From Candidatus Latescibacterota bacterium (GTDB lineage: Bacteria; Latescibacterota; UBA2968; UBA8231), in the NCBI GenBank assembly GCA_965261395.1, contig OZ253462.1, positions 6,272,001-6,336,000 of the forward strand: a stretch of 64,000 bases of DNA, written 5' to 3'. Shown one piece after another: positions 59,507 through 64,000 of this stretch. A program made the translations under genes and the position numbers. Position 1 is the stretch's first letter. Every line of letters starts with the position of its first letter. Below the pieces are notes generated by a model. The model did not search any database, was not told where the DNA came from, and saw nothing but the letters and a program-made list of their open reading frames with translations.

Positions 59507-61747
59507 CGAAGCAAGGCTTTCCACTGGCCCTTGTCTGTTCCTTTACGGATACGGTTGGGCCATCTTTGAAAGGGACGCACGAGGCCTCGGGCCTTGACGC
59601 TGACGAAGAACCGATCGAATGTCAGAGGCCCGTCCCAGTCTTTTCCGGCGTAGCAGTTGGAGGCAAGCAACCATCCCTTATCGGTTGGAATACGCAGCAT
59701 CCTAGCCGCCTGTGCCCGTCGTTTCTCCTCTTGATTACCGTCCGTGTTCTCGACCCATGGTGCCACGCTCTCGAACTTGCGATTGATCGACCATGATAAG
59801 ACTTGACGCAAAGCCCTCCACCCGTCTGCTTCCCATCTCTCGTCGTCCCATTTTGCGACGAACGGGAGCAAAACATCATGGAGGTATTCCTCTCGTTGCT
59901 TCAAGAGCCGCCCCGAGATCAACTCCCTCCAGATTTCGAGGATCTCGTCCTTGTCCAATTTCTTCGCCCTTGTCTCCCAGAGCTTCAACACCTTCCGCAT
60001 TCTCGGATACAATGAGTCGGCCGGCAGCCAGTCAGGCCAATCCTCGGGACGAGTGAACAATAGCGGGCGGGCGTCGGCGAGTGCCCGCGCCGCACCTGTC
60101 CCCGTCCACCAACAAGGGACCTCTCGCAAGTATTTGATCAGTTCCTCACGGTTCCAAGAAGACACCAAAGAGACCCGCTTCAGTCCACCTCCGGCCAAAA
60201 CCCGCCAACTCGCAAAGCACTCCTTGAGCGAATCGTTGCGGCAGTAGCGGAGCAGCCGGATGTAATCCTCATCTTTGATGTCTTGGGCGTTGAAATCTTT
60301 AAGGATATTCTTCAGATCGTTAAGTCCAGACACAAGGAGGTACGCATCCTGCACCTGTTGGGTTTCGTCCCGTAGAACAGATCCGAGCCTGTCGTTCCAA
60401 AGTTGCACCTCTCTAGGCTTGACCCGGTCGCCACCTATAGTGGGAACGAAAGGTGTCTCGCATAGTGTATCCCTGATTTTTTTTTGGAGCCTCGTCAGAG
60501 ACGAAATCCCATCCGCAGAGGCAATTTTTCCGAATGCTTCCAAAGCGGTTCGCGCCGGAATATCGTTGAGCACGTCCTGAAACAACTCGCTAAACTCTTG
60601 GAGGATATCCGTGTCATATTCACCTTTCCTAACGCGCTTCCGGTTGTGCTCAAGGTCGAGCGAAGCGTGGATCAGGGCACGCGTTCCGGTATCTTCCTCG
60701 GTCGGGAAGAAAACATGGAAAGGAACGTTTGCGCGATGAGGGATGGCGTCGCCTTGTTTCGTCAGCGGAAGACAGATCGCAACCGTCAGTTGCTTGCTAG
60801 TATCAGTCGGAGCGGGACGACATTGGACCCATCTCCGCCACAAGATTGACGAGGAGCCGTTCGAATCGCGGGTGGAGAGCTTTACATTGCCGTTCGACAA
60901 TCCCGGTTCTGATCTCGTTACGTTATGTACCGTCTCGCCTTCTGGGACGCGGATGCGAACGCAAGACAATTCCTGGGCGAGAAGCAGGAACAAGGCGTCG
61001 AGATCGCGCAGCCGGGCCATAGCCGCCCTTCCCGTTTCTTCGTCGCGAAACGGAAGACGCACAACCGTTGCGTAGCCCGCAGCTAGGAGCTCCCGGACTC
61101 TGCTGTCTGGTTTGCATTCGTGAGGGAGGCGGAACGTCAAGGGAGGCGGAACGGCGTGTAATTTTTTTTCTTTGAGGAGCTCTTGGGTCCTTATTGCCGA
61201 GAATAGAAAATGAAAGGGGCCTGAATGAATCCCCGGTTCATCGGTGACCTCAAGCACTGCCTTGAAGCCTAGTCCTTTCGATCCAATGAGAACGTCGCTC
61301 GACCTTCCCTCTCCCATCGCGTCGTCTGCGTTTTGCAAAAGCTCCCAGACGAACCGGCCTCCATAGTCATGAATGGTTTCACGCTCATTGTTGAAGTCGG
61401 AAGTTACCCGATTCGGATCCTTGTAGTGATCCAATTCGTTGCAACGAATAGCCCGAACAAGCTGTTTGTCATCTGCATCGAAGTGATCCGTTACTCCGCC
61501 CAATTGCTTGTCGCTGAGATGGGATGCGCAGACGCTGATCACGCCTTTGCGGGAGAAGGGGCATCCGCCGTTCGCAATGAGAAGGGCGTCTTCATCAAGC
61601 TCAAATAGTATTTCCTTGTCCACCGGGCGATCCTTCACTTTTCTCACCTATCGTGCCACTATGCTGCGTCGCCTGTATCACCTTGTTAGCATCGTTCGAC
61701 GCCTCACCACTAGTAGCGAAAGGAGCGAGCCAGCAGCAGGGTCTTCA

Positions 61748-62836
61748 TCACTTCCACCCGTCGAACGGATTCGCCGTGCTCGCCAGCGGCAGCCCAACCC
61801 GCGCTCCGGCCTTATGCGAGGCGTGGGCCATCATCGCCATTTCCAGATAGAGCCGCGCATTCTCCAGCTCTACCAGCTCCCACTCTGGCTCCTTGCCTTC
61901 GATTATGTCGATCATGGACCGCGCCATGCGGCGGTGGGCGTTGAGCCACTTGTGCTCGTCCGGCGGCGGCGACGAAGGCACGACCTCCCAGCGTGGATCG
62001 CCGATCAGCCCGGGGTTGACCAGCGGGTGGTAGTAAATGTCCGGCAAGTTTACCATCGGCCCGGGCAGCGACAAGGTTCCCTCGGTCCCATGGATGTCGA
62101 TCCGGTAGGGGTTTTCCTTCCCATCGCCCCGGTAGGACTCGAAATCGGCAGCCACTCCGCTTGGGAACTCGTAATACGCCTTGATCCCGTCTCCAGCCAC
62201 CAAACCCATCCCTTCAACGCCTTCCTGTACATCCGACGGCGTCGCGCTGCGCCCATCCTGCGTTAGATGCGCATGACACCACAGCGGCTCTCCAAACGAC
62301 TGCCAGAGAAAGTCAAAGAAATGCGGATACAAGTCCAAAAACAGTTGATCCCCGCCATGCGCGCCGCCCATCCCATAGATTCGGCACAGTCGCGGCTGGC
62401 CGATTTTCCCCGCCTTAATCGCCGGAATCGCCACCCTCTGGACCGGCGGATGCCCCCGCCACGGATGCGCCACCACCACCGTCACTTTGGCCTTATCGCG
62501 CGCTACTATCATCTGGTCCACTTGGGCAACCGAAGCCGCCACTGGCTTTTCGAGGTACACATGCGCCCCCCGCTCCACACAATTGAGTACCAAAGCTAGA
62601 TGATCGCCGATCTCTCGCGACGCCACCACCGCAATATCCGGCTGCTCCTCCTCTAACATCTGCACGTAATCGGCGTATCCCTTGGGTGCTCCGGTCTTAG
62701 CGACAGCAGCTTGGCGTCCCGCCTCGTCGGGGTCGGCCAGCGCCACAATCTCCGCGCCTTCTACTCCAACAAAGGCCATGTCGAGGTAGTGGCCGTAGTG
62801 GCCGCGGCCGGTGTGTCCAATAATGCCAATGCGCAT
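61748..62836 (-). CDS. Gfo/Idh/MocA oxidoreductase
   Basis: MRIGIIGHTGRGHYGH, YLEKP. Confidence 0.9.
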   Translation of the reverse strand: MRIGIIGHTGRGHYGHYLDMAFVGVEGAEIVALADPDEAGRQAAVAKTGAPKGYADYVQMLEEEQPDIAVVASREIGDHLALVLNCVERGAHVYLEKPVAASVAQVDQMIVARDKAKVTVVVAHPWRGHPPVQRVAIPAIKAGKIGQPRLCRIYGMGGAHGGDQLFLDLYPHFFDFLWQSFGEPLWCHAHLTQDGRSATPSDVQEGVEGMGLVAGDGIKAYYEFPSGVAADFESYRGDGKENPYRIDIHGTEGTLSLPGPMVNLPDIYYHPLVNPGLIGDPRWEVVPSSPPPDEHKWLNAHRRMARSMIDIIEGKEPEWELVELENARLYLEMAMMAHASHKAGARVGLPLASTANPFDGWK

Positions 62837-62921
62837 GATTCGTCCTTTCTTTCGTTAAGGGCAGACTCCAGATTTCGCTACAGCATAAGGGCAACCGATG
62901 GGGTCGTGGGTCTATTAAGTA

Positions 62922-63923
62922 TTACAATTCCACTGCCCGCCCCGTCTCCATAGACTCCTTCACCGCGTCTAACACCCGCATCTGCGCGACGCTGTGCTCC
63001 GGCGAGATCCGATGCTCCCGCTCCTCGGCCAAGCACTCGCACAGGTGCTGCAACTGCAATGCAAACTGAAAGCAGGGCGGGAATTCGACGACCTCCACCC
63101 CGCTCGGCGTGCGATGCTCTATGGTGACGGCCCGATTCTCGTTGTTCCACACCTGGTCTAGCCGCAGCATCCCGCGGTGCCCGGAAATTTCCGCGTACTG
63201 CGAGCTGAACGTATTAAAGCCCACGGCGATCTGCGCGGTGCGGCCCCCGGAAAAGACCAGCACAATCGACGCGGCATCGTCGGTCTCCAAGCCTAGCTGC
63301 TGCGCGGCAAACACCCGCTCCGGCTCCTCGCCAAACACAAACCGCGCGTGGTGAATGTTGTAACAGGCCAAGTCGTAGATACTGCCGCCGCCTTTGGCCT
63401 TGTTGAAGCGCCAATTCGCCTCGGGCGAGCGCTCTTTGAGTGCGCCTCCTGAACTGGTGCAAAACGTGCTCCGCACGCCGACTAAGTCGCCGATCTCACC
63501 GGCGTCGAGCATGGCCTTGGCCCGCAAGTGCATGGGGTGATGGCGAAACTTAAACGCCTCGGCCACGAGGACGCGGTTTTTCCTGCCGGCCGCGGCAAAG
63601 GCCGCTGCTTCGGCCGCGTTTTGGGTGAAAGGCTTTTCGCAGAGCACGGCTTTTACCCGCCCCGAATCGCAAATTTGGATCCCGGTCTCCGCGTGAAAAG
63701 CACCCCAAGTGCAGATAATGGCAATATCCAGCTCGGCCTCGTGGAGCATCGCGTCGAGCTCGGTATAGCGCGCTGCAACGCCGAACTCCTCTCCGTAGCG
63801 CGCTAGCTGATCTGCGGACACGTCGCAGATGGCGACGAGCTCGGCTTCGGCGGTCTCCTTGCAGGCCTTGCCGTGGGCGCGGGCGATACCGCCCGTACCC
63901 ACGAGGCCGACGCGATAGGCCAC
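62922..63923 (-). CDS. Gfo/Idh/MocA oxidoreductase
   Basis: VGLVGTGGIA, LCEKP, GGGSIYDLACY. Confidence 0.92.
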   Translation of the reverse strand: MAYRVGLVGTGGIARAHGKACKETAEAELVAICDVSADQLARYGEEFGVAARYTELDAMLHEAELDIAIICTWGAFHAETGIQICDSGRVKAVLCEKPFTQNAAEAAAFAAAGRKNRVLVAEAFKFRHHPMHLRAKAMLDAGEIGDLVGVRSTFCTSSGGALKERSPEANWRFNKAKGGGSIYDLACYNIHHARFVFGEEPERVFAAQQLGLETDDAASIVLVFSGGRTAQIAVGFNTFSSQYAEISGHRGMLRLDQVWNNENRAVTIEHRTPSGVEVVEFPPCFQFALQLQHLCECLAEEREHRISPEHSVAQMRVLDAVKESMETGRAVEL

Positions 63924-64000
63924 GGCATTCTCCTCGCGGTTAGTGGTTATATCTGTGGGCTTAGGTCTTTGGGTTCAAAGAGCCGCGGCTGCAAGTAAAT

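Larger units (their letters stand above)
54741..61647 (-). pseudogene. sacsin/NOV-like GHKL ATPase with C-terminal DUF3883-like nuclease (1410 aa reconstructed), split by two IS
   Basis: YGGRFVWELLQNADDA, GSKGLGFKAV; GLAAEDWLY...SDFVI..HIEVK; frame restored when both IS are removed. Confidence 0.88.

Noticed and set aside
58092-59597. 501-aa plus-strand ORF
   Set aside because: Antisense shadow of the GC-rich ISKra4 transposase.

Overview
GC-rich bacterial chromosome segment. Blocks of ordinary catabolic genes (Gfo/Idh/MocA oxidoreductases, aldo/keto reductase, PhyH, enolase superfamily, amidohydrolase, PrpD, D-2-hydroxyacid dehydrogenase) alternate with variable regions that mostly sit between convergent gene ends. 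The many secreted proteins with NYPNPFN-type FlgD-Ig/T9SS-like sorting domains and eukaryote-like repeats (WD40, YWTD, LRR, TPR) suggest a host-associated FCB-superphylum or candidate-phylum organism such as a sponge symbiont; this is inference only. Main observations: (1) Three independent cargo blocks (7674-15869, 46144-52337, 54732-61745) are each bracketed by an intact gene and a diverged orphan copy of that same gene's 3' end (286, 41 and 114 bp), with no integrase. This suggests a recurrent mode of gene acquisition anchored on gene 3' ends. (2) A ~25 kb array of secreted proteins is built from conserved DNA cassettes with swapped binding domains, and gene scars mark its junctions. It includes a 1598-aa WD40 protein with 126-bp repeats that vary mainly at a few positions. 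(3) An ORF-less group II intron (123-874) has matching EBS/IBS pairs. (4) A 1410-aa sacsin/NOV-like ATPase-nuclease gene is restored in frame by removing an IS630 and an ISKra4 element. (5) Three toxin-antitoxin loci have broken toxins. No rRNA, tRNA or CRISPR array was seen.
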